A DNA stretch of 64,000 bases. Origin: an uncultured Dehalococcoidales bacterium (GTDB lineage Bacteria > Chloroflexota > Dehalococcoidia > E44-bin15). Shown in pieces: positions 28,353 through 37,110 of the stretch. Within the stretch, counting starts at the first letter, position 1. Every line of letters starts with the position of its first letter. The position numbers were made by a program, and so were the translations under genes. The notes beneath the pieces were generated by a model. It was not told where the DNA came from and searched no databases. It saw only the letters and a program-made list of their open reading frames with translations. The stretch covers positions 144 to 64,143 of the forward strand of contig CAYRYW010000011.1 in assembly GCA_964428725.1 (NCBI GenBank). Reading direction: 5' to 3'.

Positions 28353-29945
28353 ATGATGGCCAAGAAGAAACCGAAGCACGAAGAGAAAGAGTATGTCGGC
28401 GCGATCCGCGTGCAACCGGTCGGCATCCAGGCGGTAGATGGTGAAAGCCCGAAGGCGTTTCGCGAGGCGATGGAACCGATTGCCGTGGCCGTGCAGCAGC
28501 TTAAGAACGTGGCCATGTTCGCCTGGTATAGCTGGCACCGCAAAGTGGGCAACGTGCAGTTGGTGATGGACTGGGTCGACGAGATACTGGCGTGGGATCG
28601 CGAGGTTAAGCCGGTCGCGCAGAAGTTCGTGGCCGACACGCGGCAATACGAAAAAGACGCTGCGGCCTGGAAGAAATCGCCCAAGGGAACCCGTGGCAAG
28701 CGACCAACGAAACCGAAAAAACTCCATGCCGACCGGCCAAAGTGCCCGGTCCTTCCGTACCCGAAAGCATGTAGCAACGCGATCTATCACGAGGTCAGTG
28801 GGGCAATACCGCTACTCAACAAACGAGTGGTGGTGTTGGCGCTGAATCGGATGTTCAGCAACCTGAAAACACATCAAGTCGCCTTCCGGCCTGGGCAATG
28901 GAACCAGTGGACTGGATTCAGGGAATGGCACGTGATGCTGGCGGGGTATGGGCTATTCTCTCAATGCCACAAGCCGCAACCGATCCCGATCGATCGCGAT
29001 AATTGCACGCTGATCCCACCGGACGCGGAAGAATCACGTTGGCGGGCCTTGATTCGTGTCGATCGCGTACCGACGACGACCAAGGCAGGCAAGGAGGTAT
29101 TTCGTTCCACGCCATGGGTAGTGACGCTCAAGACTGGCGGACGGCATGACGCGAAGATTCGCAACATGCTCGAAAAATGCCACTCGGGCGAGTGGAAATT
29201 CTGCGGGTCGAATCTCGTCTGGCGCAACGGCATGTTCGACGTGGAGGTATCCTACAAGCAAGAGAAACTCGAACCGATCAAGGCCGACCCGAACAAGGTG
29301 GCCGTCTTGGTACCAGGGCGGAAACGGGGGTGGCGATTGCGGATCAACGGCCGGTCCTGGTGGCTGGGCGGCAAGGGTAGCGACCGGCTGGTGGGTGTCT
29401 TTCGTCGGCAGACGGCCGAGCGGAAGGCAACCTTCCACGCCTCGTACCGGCACGGGGGCACGGCCCGGCAAGGGCACGGGCGTCAGACGGCAATGAGGGG
29501 TTTTTACAGCAAGAAAAACATTCTGGCTAGGTACCAGCAGCAATACAACGGTCGGATTGTTCGCGAGGTAATTCAGCAGATGGAGCGGCACGGCGTGGGG
29601 ACACTCGTCTTTCGTTCGCCGTCGGGAAGCGTGGAGAAGACACGGTTGCTCTGTACGGCGGGGGCTGGTCGCAAGGGCGGATCGTGGCCGTGGCACCAGG
29701 TGGACACGCGATTGAAGGCGGTCTGTCATCGGCACGAATTAGTGTACGAATCGCCGCGTCGGAAGCGGCGCAAACGCGAGGGGTCCGGTGGCGCGAAAAA
29801 CCCCGGGACCGCTCGCAAAGTCGCAACGGCTGACGGCAACAAGGATTGGGGCGATCGGAGCAAAGCGAATGGGCGAAAGAAACGCGCAAACGGGGCGGCT
29901 CGACGCGACCTCTCGAAAACGGCCACGCAAAAGGCCGTGGGGTAA
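28353..29945 (+). CDS. Compact Cas12/TnpB-like CRISPR-associated protein, apparently RuvC-inactive and C-terminally truncated
   Basis: 530-aa ORF ending 18 nt before the first CRISPR repeat. WED-like and RuvC-like sequence patterns are present (KVAVLVPGRKRGW; GVGTLVFRSPSG; SWPWHQVDTRLKAVCHRHELVYESP), but the expected catalytic Asp and Glu are absent and there is no Zn-finger or RuvC-III. Lys/Arg-rich tail. The ORF itself is near certain; the family assignment is by eye. Confidence 0.5.
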   Translation: MMAKKKPKHEEKEYVGAIRVQPVGIQAVDGESPKAFREAMEPIAVAVQQLKNVAMFAWYSWHRKVGNVQLVMDWVDEILAWDREVKPVAQKFVADTRQYEKDAAAWKKSPKGTRGKRPTKPKKLHADRPKCPVLPYPKACSNAIYHEVSGAIPLLNKRVVVLALNRMFSNLKTHQVAFRPGQWNQWTGFREWHVMLAGYGLFSQCHKPQPIPIDRDNCTLIPPDAEESRWRALIRVDRVPTTTKAGKEVFRSTPWVVTLKTGGRHDAKIRNMLEKCHSGEWKFCGSNLVWRNGMFDVEVSYKQEKLEPIKADPNKVAVLVPGRKRGWRLRINGRSWWLGGKGSDRLVGVFRRQTAERKATFHASYRHGGTARQGHGRQTAMRGFYSKKNILARYQQQYNGRIVREVIQQMERHGVGTLVFRSPSGSVEKTRLLCTAGAGRKGGSWPWHQVDTRLKAVCHRHELVYESPRRKRRKREGSGGAKNPGTARKVATADGNKDWGDRSKANGRKKRANGAARRDLSKTATQKAVG

Positions 29946-29963
29946 GGGGTTGCGAGGGCTGCT

Positions 29964-31014
29964 GTGAAAACGTGTGGGGAGAGGGAGAGGGATTGCAGGC
30001 TGGAAAGAATCCTGCCTTCGAGTAAAGGATGCGATGTGTGAAAACGTGTGGGGAGAGGGAGAGGGATTGCAGGGTGAGTACGATCGTCCGGAAGACGGCA
30101 CACAAGGACGTGAAAACGCGTGGGGAGAGGGAGAGGGATTGCAGGCCCGGAAAAACTCCACTGGGGAGAACACGCTTTCGGGTGAAAACGTGTTGTGAGA
30201 GGGAGAGTGATTGCAGGCAAAGTGGTCGAACATCGGACAGACCTACTAATGGCAAGTGAAAACGTCTGGGGAGACGGAGAGAAATTGCAGGAGTCCTTTC
30301 CGAAAAACGTGGAAACGTCTGGGGAGACGGAGAGGGATTGCAGGGGCAGTCGTCTTGACTCGCTGCTCATTGCAGCTTCGGTGAAAAAACGTCTGGGGAG
30401 ACGGAGAGGAATTGCAGGTCGGCTTGCTTGCGATCGTTGGCGCTTCGTCGCACTTGTGAAAACGTCTGGGGAGACGGAGAGGAATTGCAGGTCCTGCTGG
30501 TCGCACCTACACACGAGAAAGCGTGCGTGAAAACGTCTGGGGAGACGGAGAGTGATTGCAGGGGGGGCTGCTGATGCCGTGTCGGTGGCGTGAAACCTTT
30601 GGGTAAAGTGAGAGGAATTGCAGGACCGAGTTAGGCGACGTGAAAACGTCTGGGGAGACGGAGAGTGATTGCAGGCCAGAGGCGGTTGTGTACAAGGCGG
30701 ATTCTGCCGGAGTGAAAACGTGTTGGGAGAGGGAGAGTGATTGCAGGCAGGAATGCGTCCGTCAATGGCTGCTGGTGGGCCGGAGAGTGAAAACGTGTGG
30801 GGAGACGGAGAGGAATTGCAGGGGGGGCTGCTGATGCCGTGTCGGTGGCGTGAAACCTTTGGGTAAGGTGAGAGTGATTGCAGGAAAAGCTACGTGTACT
30901 TGGCGAGTGTTGCGCTAGAAAGTGAAAACGTGTGGGGAGAGGGAGAGGGATTGCAGGGTTGTGTTGGTCGTGCGGCAAGTGGAAACGTCTGGGGAGACGG
31001 AGAGGAATTGCAGG
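29964..31014 (+). CRISPR. CRISPR array, 16 repeats (35-38 nt) and 15 spacers (15-39 nt)
   Basis: Repeat consensus is GTGAAAACGT(C/G)TGGGGAGA(C/G)GGAGAG(G/T)(A/G)ATTGCAGG. Repeat starts: 29964, 30038, 30110, 30182, 30256, 30309, 30381, 30456, 30527, 30590, 30640, 30712, 30787, 30850, 30922, 30979. All spacers are unique except S9, which equals S13. Confidence 0.85.
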
Positions 31015-31060
31015 GCATCAAATCCGCGTAGATCAGTTGCGGCCCCGGGAGCCGCGCAAC

Positions 31061-31294
31061 ATGAAAAGAGCTAGAAAACAAATCAACCGCCGTTGTCCGT
31101 GTGGGAATCGTGTCCCACGCCCGACGGCAACATACTGTTGTGCCGCGTGTTCTCGCGCGGCGGATATTTTTGAATCGCTCAACGAAACAAAGGAGCCAAG
31201 TCATGGCAAAGAAGACAAGCAAACAGAAGCCCTACGCGAGACAATGGCAACGATTACAAGACCTCAAGCAACAAGCGGGCGCGAGCCGGTTTGA
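31061..31294 (+). CDS. Small zinc-ribbon protein candidate
   Basis: ATG 47 nt after the last repeat. 'RCPCGNRVPRPTATYCCAACSRA' follows the CxCG...YC..C ribbon pattern. Its 3' part overlaps the next gene out of frame, so the extent is uncertain. Confidence 0.3.
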   Translation: MKRARKQINRRCPCGNRVPRPTATYCCAACSRAADIFESLNETKEPSHGKEDKQTEALRETMATITRPQATSGREPV

Positions 31295-31784
31295 GCGGGC
31301 TACGCTCGCCGTAGGTCTATTCGATGATGTCGAGTGGCGTGAACACATGGGCCTGGCTGACGATCATCAGGCGGCGGACATATTGACCAAGGCGTTGGAT
31401 GATCTGGGGATTCCGTTCTTCGACCTCCGACAAATGCTTGAGGCGTTTCCGGCGGAACAAGACTGGCTAGAGATGACGCCCTTCGACATGCTCGTGGCGG
31501 CACAAGCACAAGAGGCCAAGCCCGAGCAAAACGCACCACCGAAGCCACCTACCGTTGTTGGGATCACCAAATATGAGGAAGTGTGCAATGAGCGAGACAG
31601 GCTGCAACGACGTGTAGAGCAGCTAGAATCGCATGACACACCTGCCTGTGTCGGGCCGTGTGACGTGTTGGATGCATTCATGCGCATAGCTGACGCGAAC
31701 CGGGACAGAGGCAACGATCCGCTGTTGCGCCCAATCTACGCGATCATCGATAGCGTGGCAGAGACGGCAAACACACCGGTATAA
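31203..31784 (+). CDS. Hypothetical protein
   Basis: Start after an AAAGGAG RBS; 193 aa. Confidence 0.55.
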   Translation: MAKKTSKQKPYARQWQRLQDLKQQAGASRFERATLAVGLFDDVEWREHMGLADDHQAADILTKALDDLGIPFFDLRQMLEAFPAEQDWLEMTPFDMLVAAQAQEAKPEQNAPPKPPTVVGITKYEEVCNERDRLQRRVEQLESHDTPACVGPCDVLDAFMRIADANRDRGNDPLLRPIYAIIDSVAETANTPV

Positions 31785-31814
31785 TATCTAACAGAATGCC
31801 AAGGAGCGATAGAC

Positions 31815-33296
31815 ATGACAAGTATTGATATTACCAACCCCGGGCCCATCGAGGGCGTGTTTTCAGTGGACCTATCCAAGGGGCCGGGAGCGTATGAGTT
31901 TCGCGGCGCTCGCGGCACTGGCAAGACCACCTGTATTTCCTCTATCGATTGGCTGGCGGGCCACAAGGTCGACGTGACCTTGCACGACGGGGCGGCCAGC
32001 GGAAAGGTCGAGGGGTTCGGCGTCGTGGCACCGATCGGGAGCCGGAAGCGGCGCAAGGGGGAATTCGAGATCGACACGATCGACGCGGAGAAATTCAGCC
32101 TGACCGACCTGATCGACCCGCCGGGCAAGACGGCGGAAGTTCGGGACGCGCATGCGATCAAGGCGCTGGCGGTATTGTCGGAGGCGAAGGCGGACGCGGC
32201 GGTCTATTACGATCTGGCCGGTGGCCAAGCGGCCTTCGACGCGCTGGGCATACAGGAAACGAGCGACCCGGTTCTTCTTGCCACGCGGGTCAAGCGGGCC
32301 TATGACAAGCTCGCGGGTGAGCGAGAGAACACGGCGAAATCGGAGGCGGCCCACGCGGCACCGCTGGAACACATCCCCGACGGCCTGGATATGACCCAGT
32401 CGGCCGACCTTGCCGAACTGGGAAGCGTCCGCGACGAAGCACGCGACACGTTGCAGCGGCTGACGACCGAGCGGGAAAACGGCATCGCCAAGGAGGCGGA
32501 AGCGGGCGAAGCCATGGAACGGCTGGAGACGTTACGCACCGAATACAGCGGGCCGACCGTCGAGGACGCCGACGCGGCAAGGCAAAAGGCGGCCGACGCG
32601 TGCACGGCCGCAAGGGAACTGGTGGACGCACTCCAAAAAGAATTGGACAAGGCCATGGCGGCCGTCGAGGCGTGCAGGACCGAATACCGGGCAGCCGCAT
32701 CCACCTACGACGCCGCGAAGTCGCACCGGGCGGCCCTGGTCGAGGTGACCGCCATTGCCAACCAGACGGTTGCCTACCCCGAAGAATCCGCCATCGAGCG
32801 AGCCGGGGCGGACGTCGAGGAAGCAACGGAAGCCTACAACCGGGGCGTGCAACTGCGCGACGTACACCACAACCAGGCGAAAGCGAAGGCCCATCGCGAG
32901 GCCGAAGACAACGCGGCGAAGGAAGCGGCCATCGCCCGCAAGAAAGCGGGGCAGGTCTTCGACATCCTCGCGCAGTCGCTGCACACAAAGCACCTGAAAA
33001 TTCAGAGCGTCGACGACAATCCTCGCTTGTTCGTCGAGCACCCGAGACGCGGCAAGACGCTATTCGATCGGGTCAATGGGCTCAGTGACGGCGAGCGGGT
33101 CGACTTCACGCTTCGCGAATTGTTGCCGCACATCAAGTCACCGGGACTGCTGCCGATTCCCCAACGAGTCTGGCAAGACCTCCAGCCGACCGACCGGAAG
33201 GACCTGCACGCACTGGCCGTCGACAAGGGGCTTTACCTATTCGGCGCGCAAGTGGACGACGGCGAGTTGCGGGTGAGTTTTCTTGGGGACAAATAA
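31815..33296 (+). CDS. P-loop ATPase with long coiled-coil (SMC/RecN/SbcC-like)
   Basis: Walker A 'GARGTGKT' near the N-terminus, a long Ala/Glu/Arg-rich helical middle, and 'LSDGERV' (signature/Walker B-like) near the C-terminus. Confidence 0.6.
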   Translation: MTSIDITNPGPIEGVFSVDLSKGPGAYEFRGARGTGKTTCISSIDWLAGHKVDVTLHDGAASGKVEGFGVVAPIGSRKRRKGEFEIDTIDAEKFSLTDLIDPPGKTAEVRDAHAIKALAVLSEAKADAAVYYDLAGGQAAFDALGIQETSDPVLLATRVKRAYDKLAGERENTAKSEAAHAAPLEHIPDGLDMTQSADLAELGSVRDEARDTLQRLTTERENGIAKEAEAGEAMERLETLRTEYSGPTVEDADAARQKAADACTAARELVDALQKELDKAMAAVEACRTEYRAAASTYDAAKSHRAALVEVTAIANQTVAYPEESAIERAGADVEEATEAYNRGVQLRDVHHNQAKAKAHREAEDNAAKEAAIARKKAGQVFDILAQSLHTKHLKIQSVDDNPRLFVEHPRRGKTLFDRVNGLSDGERVDFTLRELLPHIKSPGLLPIPQRVWQDLQPTDRKDLHALAVDKGLYLFGAQVDDGELRVSFLGDK

Positions 33297-33332
33297 CGGG
33301 CACTTACTGAAACTAGCAAAGGATTGGAAACC

Positions 33333-33533
33333 ATGATCCTCAAATGCGAATGCGTCAATTCGTCGGCCGACATGCTCTACGGCAAGGGCTACCGGCCGCA
33401 CTCGGCACTCATGACGTTTCGTGACCGGCCGGGGCGGCAAGTCGCCACGCCACAACAAGAGGAATACTGCTGCGACTATTGCAGCTATGTGCGAACCAAG
33501 GCAAGAGGCCTAAGAACTGGTGAGAAAGAATGA
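33333..33533 (+). CDS. Small Cys-rich protein
   Basis: Contains 'CEC...CCDYC'. ATG start preferred over the upstream TTG. Confidence 0.35.
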   Translation: MILKCECVNSSADMLYGKGYRPHSALMTFRDRPGRQVATPQQEEYCCDYCSYVRTKARGLRTGEKE

Positions 33534-33745
33534 GTAAACATCAAGCGTGCAGCGAGTGCGGCATGGACTTTGTCGGGCCAGACAGCAACATCGGCGACAA
33601 TCGGTGTGATGACTGCGAGCCTACCTGTGAGGATTGGGCCTGCGCATGGGACAACCTGCGGAGAAACATCCAGGCGGAACGCGGCCTTACGCCGGGTAAT
33701 ATTCATTTGGTATTGGAGTGGCTGGACGCATTTGACCCACGATAA
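33530..33745 (+). CDS. Small Cys-rich protein
   Basis: 71 aa containing 'CSECG...CDDCEPTCEDWAC'; ATGA overlap. Confidence 0.4.
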   Translation: MSKHQACSECGMDFVGPDSNIGDNRCDDCEPTCEDWACAWDNLRRNIQAERGLTPGNIHLVLEWLDAFDPR

Positions 33746-33765
33746 CATGAACGGAATCACCACTA

Positions 33766-34554
33766 ATGGCAAAGAGCACGAAAACGAAACAGCTATCCGT
33801 CGACCTGCCAAGGATCGACGGAAACACCCAAAGCCGACTGGCAGTCAACGACGACGTGGTCGACGAATACGCCGACATCATCAAGGCGGCTGGGACCGAA
33901 TGGCCGTTTCCCCCAATCGATGTATTCCATGACGGGACCGATTACTACGTCGCCGATGGATTCCATCGATTCCTCGCGGCCCAACGATCGAAACGGGGGT
34001 CAATTCCCTGTCGCATCCACCAGGGTACGGCGAAGGACGCGCGGATATTCGGCATGACGGCGAACGACCGGCACGGATTGCGAATGTCCCGAGCGGACAA
34101 GCGGGCGTGTGTCGAGTGGCTGCTAGATAATGGCGGCAAGATGACGCAGCAGGCCATTGCCGAGGCGGCCGGGGTGAGCAAGCGGCTAGTGCAAGCCGTG
34201 GTTGCGGATCGAAAGCAGGATTCACTCGCGGGAAAGGCTACACCCCCCAAACGGGATGGTAAGGCGCAATTTGCGCCTCCCACCCCAAGTCGAGGGGGTT
34301 CCGCGACGGTCGACGAGCCCGACGAAGAAATTCCGTTTGACGCACCCGAGCCACGGAAACGGAAGGGGCAACCGACGAAGCGATTTGACGGCTCCTATTG
34401 GTTCAGGCAATGGGAGCGGGCAATTGCCCCGGTGGTCCGGCTCGTCGATAAGATCGCGCATGACGTGGGCGAATCGGGCTGTGAGTCGCAGAAGCTCGTC
34501 CAGGACCATTTGGAGGTCGCGACCGAGGAAATGCATGAATGGATGGGGCAATGA
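33766..34554 (+). CDS. ParB-like nuclease domain protein
   Basis: 'IDVFHDGTDYYVADGFHRFLAA' is the ParB/Srx N-terminal domain motif. An HTH-like 'MTQQAIAEAAGVSKRLV' follows. Confidence 0.75.
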   Translation: MAKSTKTKQLSVDLPRIDGNTQSRLAVNDDVVDEYADIIKAAGTEWPFPPIDVFHDGTDYYVADGFHRFLAAQRSKRGSIPCRIHQGTAKDARIFGMTANDRHGLRMSRADKRACVEWLLDNGGKMTQQAIAEAAGVSKRLVQAVVADRKQDSLAGKATPPKRDGKAQFAPPTPSRGGSATVDEPDEEIPFDAPEPRKRKGQPTKRFDGSYWFRQWERAIAPVVRLVDKIAHDVGESGCESQKLVQDHLEVATEEMHEWMGQ

Positions 34555-36194
34555 TCGATCACCTGTTTCCCCGATCGCCCTGGCCGCACCAACGTGATGG
34601 CGTGGCGAAGACGATTGCCGCATTGGATGGCGGGGCTAAATCGGTATGCCTGACATCTCCGACTGGTAGCGGCAAGACGAATATGCAAATCGCATTGGCG
34701 AATTGGGGCATCGAAAAAGGTTGGCGCGTGCTCTGCCTGACAAATCGGATTCTATTGACGGAACAGACGCGGAGCGTATTCCAGAGGGCGGATATGCAGG
34801 TTGGGGTAATTTCCTCAAGCATGAAACAGCTGGAATACGAAGATGCACAGGTGCAAATCGCGACCATCCAGACCATTCTATCACGTAGACGGACGCAACA
34901 CGGCTATTGGGTTGATGCAGACCTAGTGCTAGCTGATGAGGTGCATCAAATAGCGACCGGGGAATCGGCCGAATTACTCAATGATTACAAGGATCGCGGC
35001 GCTAAAGTCGTCGGTGTAACGGCAACGCCATTAGGTGTGTGTGGTGTGTGTGATGAATTGATTGTGTCCGCGAGAACTCGGGACTTGCAAGAGCAAGGGG
35101 TCCTCTGTGTCGCTTCGTGGTTCGCTCCAAGCGAGCTAGATACGCGCAAATTGGTCAAGGGAAAGGTTGACTTATCGCTATCGGAAAAGGACGCACGACG
35201 CACATGGGGACCACTGAGAGGTGACGATCAGGTGCGGACTCGGATAGTTGGCAACATCATCGACCACTATCAACGATTGCATCCAGAGCAAATCCATACG
35301 CTCGCGTTTGCGCCGGGTGTCAAGGAATCGATATGGGCTGCAAGATTCTGCAAGTCAAGAGGTATTCGTTCGCTACACGTTGACGGACAGGACTTCTGGG
35401 TAGACGGCGAAACGCTCGACAGAAAACAGGACGAGCAACGATTCCAGGCGGCCATGCAGGAATGGCGGGATGGCGCGATACCGATTCTGTGGAATCGATT
35501 TGTGCTGCGAGAAGGCATAGATGAGCCGCAAGTCCGGTGTGTCATGCTGGCCACGCCGATCGGTTCCTACCGGGCGTTTTTGCAAATGGTTGGGCGTGGA
35601 TTGCGGACCCATGAAGCAAAGGATCGGTGCCTAGTAATCGATTATGGCGGCGCATGGTGGCGGCATGGATCGGTTAACATTAACGTCGATTGGGAATCGG
35701 TGTTTGAGTGTTCCGACCCCGACGTAATCAGTAAAAACCGCATAGCAGAGACACGGGAAACAGGCGAATCGCTAGGGCGTGTCTGCCCTAAATGCGGGAT
35801 GGTACACAAGAAGGTAGGTCGCATGGTGGTCTGCCAGTATTGTGGACACAAATTGACGCTCGGCAAGGCGTCAAGGCCAATTGTGCAGGCTGACGGGACA
35901 CTGACGCAAGTAACGGGCGAGCCAGTAAAACAATGGAAGATCAAGGACACACCAGAAGCGGAGCGGCTCTGGGCAGGTGTCTATTGGAACGCCATGAAGA
36001 AACACAATGGAGAAGTGAAATTTAATGAATTGTACCAGCGGTTCTATTATAAGACAGCGGTAATGGCAGGGTCGGCACGTCGGCCTGCATTTTGGAAAGC
36101 GTATTATCCGCCTAGGGATATTCCGCTATGCCCGAAGCGACGAAACGACTGGCACAGGGATATCAAGGACATTGATCGGGAGCAATTACACTAA
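34539..36194 (+). CDS. SF2 DEAD/DEAH-box helicase (ResIII-type)
   Basis: 'LTSPTGSGKT' (motif I), 'LVLADEVH' (motif II), 'GVTATP' (motif III), 'QMVGRGLR' (motif VI), and a C-terminal CxxC...CxxC. Confidence 0.8.
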   Translation: MDGAMIDHLFPRSPWPHQRDGVAKTIAALDGGAKSVCLTSPTGSGKTNMQIALANWGIEKGWRVLCLTNRILLTEQTRSVFQRADMQVGVISSSMKQLEYEDAQVQIATIQTILSRRRTQHGYWVDADLVLADEVHQIATGESAELLNDYKDRGAKVVGVTATPLGVCGVCDELIVSARTRDLQEQGVLCVASWFAPSELDTRKLVKGKVDLSLSEKDARRTWGPLRGDDQVRTRIVGNIIDHYQRLHPEQIHTLAFAPGVKESIWAARFCKSRGIRSLHVDGQDFWVDGETLDRKQDEQRFQAAMQEWRDGAIPILWNRFVLREGIDEPQVRCVMLATPIGSYRAFLQMVGRGLRTHEAKDRCLVIDYGGAWWRHGSVNINVDWESVFECSDPDVISKNRIAETRETGESLGRVCPKCGMVHKKVGRMVVCQYCGHKLTLGKASRPIVQADGTLTQVTGEPVKQWKIKDTPEAERLWAGVYWNAMKKHNGEVKFNELYQRFYYKTAVMAGSARRPAFWKAYYPPRDIPLCPKRRNDWHRDIKDIDREQLH

Positions 36195-36229
36195 TCGGCA
36201 GCAGGGCGGCGACTACGGAGGCAAGGCAG

Positions 36230-36460
36230 ATGACGGAATATGGCATATTGCATGGCTGCGGCCATGGCCATGGCGAGTGCGATGGGGTGGGCATTGGCGA
36301 TGGTTACGGCGAGGGCCTTGGCTCTGGCGAGGGCTGGGGCTGTGGATGGGATTATTTCCATTGCGGTGGCAATGGCGTTGGTGATGGCGAACAGTGTGGT
36401 ACGGTCGATGGTGGTGGCTACGGCTGTGGCCGGGGATATGGCCGGGATAACGGTGCCTAG
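36230..36460 (+). CDS. Gly/Asp/Tyr/Cys-rich low-complexity peptide (paralogue 1)
   Basis: 76 aa ending GYGRDNGA; G-x-G periodicity. All six frames are open here, so the frame choice rests on conserved termini and the RBS. Confidence 0.4.
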   Translation: MTEYGILHGCGHGHGECDGVGIGDGYGEGLGSGEGWGCGWDYFHCGGNGVGDGEQCGTVDGGGYGCGRGYGRDNGA

Positions 36461-36474
36461 GAGCAATACACGTC

Positions 36475-36717
36475 ATGCACGATACACGGATAACTGAGTT
36501 TCTAAAGGGAGGCTATGGGGACTGCTATGGCAATGTCAGAGGCTGTGGCTATGGCTTGGGAAATGGCTTGTGCTATGGCGATGGCTATGGCAAGGGCAGG
36601 GGCTATGGCAGTGGCAATGGCGATGGCTATGGCGATGGCGATGGCAATGGCGATGGCTACGGAAGTGGCCATGGCGATGGCAGGTGCTGGGGCTATGGCC
36701 GTGATAACGGTGCGTAG
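36475..36717 (+). CDS. Gly/Asp/Tyr-rich low-complexity peptide (paralogue 2)
   Basis: N-terminus MHDTRITEFLKGGYG after an AGGAG RBS; ends GYGRDNGA. Confidence 0.45.
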   Translation: MHDTRITEFLKGGYGDCYGNVRGCGYGLGNGLCYGDGYGKGRGYGSGNGDGYGDGDGNGDGYGSGHGDGRCWGYGRDNGA

Positions 36718-36731
36718 GAGCAATACATGTC

Positions 36732-37049
36732 ATGCACGATACACGGATAACTGAGTTTCTAAAGGGAGGCTATGGAAATGGCTATGGCAATGGCTGGGGC
36801 TGTGGCTATGGCTTGGGAAATGGCTTGTGCTATGGCGATGGCTATGGCAAGGGCAGGGGCTACGGCATTGGCAATGGCGATGGCTATGGCCATGGAGATG
36901 GCGATGGCTGGGGCGACAGCTATGGCAGTGGCGACGGCTGGGGCTATGGCGATGGCGATGGCCATGGCGATGGCGATGGCATGGGCTGTGGCGATGGCTG
37001 GGGCGACGGCGGAGGTAGTGGCCATGGCGATTGCTTGGTCCATTGCTGA
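36732..37049 (+). CDS. Gly/Asp/Tyr-rich low-complexity peptide (paralogue 3)
   Basis: Same N-terminus (MHDTRITEFLKGGYG) and the same 73-nt upstream junction as paralogue 2. Confidence 0.45.
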   Translation: MHDTRITEFLKGGYGNGYGNGWGCGYGLGNGLCYGDGYGKGRGYGIGNGDGYGHGDGDGWGDSYGSGDGWGYGDGDGHGDGDGMGCGDGWGDGGGSGHGDCLVHC

Positions 37050-37110
37050 GGCAATGGCGTTGATCGCGATAACGTGACATTAGACGTAACATGTAACAAG
37101 GAGAAAAGCT

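Noticed and set aside
28152-28790. 212-aa minus-strand ORF covering the structured leader and the 5' end of the Cas12-like gene.
   Set aside because: It is antisense to a strongly supported + ORF, Arg-rich, and has no RBS.
29527-30978. Minus- and plus-strand ORFs of 60-262 aa running through the CRISPR array (for example 29726-30514 -, 29527-30255 -, 30631-30978 -).
   Set aside because: Their 'proteins' are periodic translations of the repeat (…QSLSLSPHVFT…). They are artefacts of a stop-free repeat, not genes.
31815-33296. Whether the ATPase downstream of the array could be a TnsC-like partner, making this a CAST-type transposon.
   Set aside because: No TnsB/TniQ-like genes or transposon ends are visible. 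The protein has a long coiled-coil typical of SMC/RecN-like ATPases, and it sits in a phage replication/recombination context.
36502-37092. Alternative frames over the Gly-rich region giving (AI)n, (MA)n, (HR/HS)n or (WR)n polypeptides.
   Set aside because: The region is stop-free in all six frames because of GGC-TAT-GGC-GAT periodicity. Only the G-x-G frame has conserved N- and C-termini and an AGGAG RBS in each paralogue. The frame choice still needs experimental confirmation.
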